Of a stretch of DNA of 64,000 nt, positions 63,280 to 64,000 are shown in pieces. Made by a program: the position numbers and the translations under genes. Within the stretch, counting starts at the first letter, position 1. Each line of letters opens with the position of its first letter. The stretch spans positions 746,001 through 810,000 of the forward strand of contig MU058153.1 in the NCBI GenBank assembly GCA_013265495.1, read 5' to 3'. The notes below the pieces were generated by a model. It ran no database searches. It was given only the letters and a program-made list of their open reading frames with translations, and was not told where the DNA came from. This DNA is from Vicugna vicugna. Its lineage: Eukaryota.

Positions 63280-64000
63280 TTTTAGACAATGATAAAGATG
63301 TTGGGTTTTAATTCTAGTAAATTTAGAAGCTATTAGAATCTTTCAAATTGAGAGAAAGAAGTGATCCCTAACATATATTCTAGAAGTATCACCTTGGGTA
63401 ACAAGTGAAGAATGACCACGTGGGAGAAAAATCAGCAGAAGCAAGGAAACCAATTAGGAAGTTATTGCAACCATGAAGGCAAGATATAATGGTGATTTCT
63501 ATAAATATGGTTATTAGCAATAGAAGTCATGAAAAGTGTCAGATTTTGAAAATATATTGAGGATATAGCCCATAATATTTGCTTATGGGTTGTAGATAGC
63601 ATGTGAGGGGACAGAAAAAAAAAAAGTGTGTTCAAAATTTGAGGCTTTATCTACTAGAAGGAAAGAGTTTTGGATTCCTTAGATGGGCATTGCTGTAGGA
63701 AGGCAAGTTGGGACAATAGGGGAACTGGAAATTTGTCTTAAGACATACTGAGTTTCAGATGTGTATTAGATATCTCACCAGAGATGTTAAGAAGGAATTG
63801 AAAGATCAGAATTTGCAACCCAGGAGATAGGTTTAGGCTGAAGATTAAATGTGCCAATCATAATACAGATGCTGTGTATAGCCACAAGTTTGGATGAGAT
63901 TATCAATGGAGATAAGTGTAGAAACAAAGGAGAGGAGGTCCTTCAAACTAGGGCACTTCAGTGTTTAGATCAAAACAAGAGGATAGGGTGCTGAGATGGA
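63280..64000 (-). mobile_element. L2 LINE body (runs off the window end)
   Basis: 'gaagcaaggaaaccaattaggaagttattgca...tcagattttgaaaatatattgagga...gacatactgagtttcagatg...tggatgagattatc'. Confidence 0.8.

Noticed and set aside
1..64000. Assigning a host gene symbol, or a novel multi-gene system
   Set aside because: No exon peptide matched a protein I recognise, and the window has no gene cluster or operon-like structure; naming one would be invention

Overview
This is AT-rich, CpG-poor mammalian genomic DNA, most likely camelid (camel, alpaca or llama). That call rests on a Vic-1-type tRNA-derived SINE and camelid-type L1 3' ends; I saw no Alu, BovA/BovB, PRE-1 or CanSINE. The window reads as the inside of a large intron or an intergenic tract, densely filled with old repeats (MIR, L2, CR1/L3, L1M, MLT/ERVL/ERV1 LTRs, MER5/MER58/MER104/MADE2) plus younger truncated L1 3' ends. 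No ORF in the track is a recognisable cellular gene; the only clear protein similarity is broken L1 ORF2. I found no rRNA, true tRNA, CRISPR array or other prokaryotic system, and no undescribed biological system that I can demonstrate. The best leads are: (i) short + strand segments with good splice sites (10150-10210, 10957-10989, 48201-48286, 57978-58070) that join into one open, unrecognised reading frame, plus two microexon candidates; (ii) an exact 48-bp templated copy of LTR sequence 1.3 kb from its source; (iii) tandem duplications with periods of 136 bp and 376 bp; (iv) an antisense L1 nested in an L1, and two perfect 26-bp palindromes; (v) candidate enhancer motif clusters. Repeat family names come from recalled consensus similarity, not a database run, and old-repeat boundaries are approximate.
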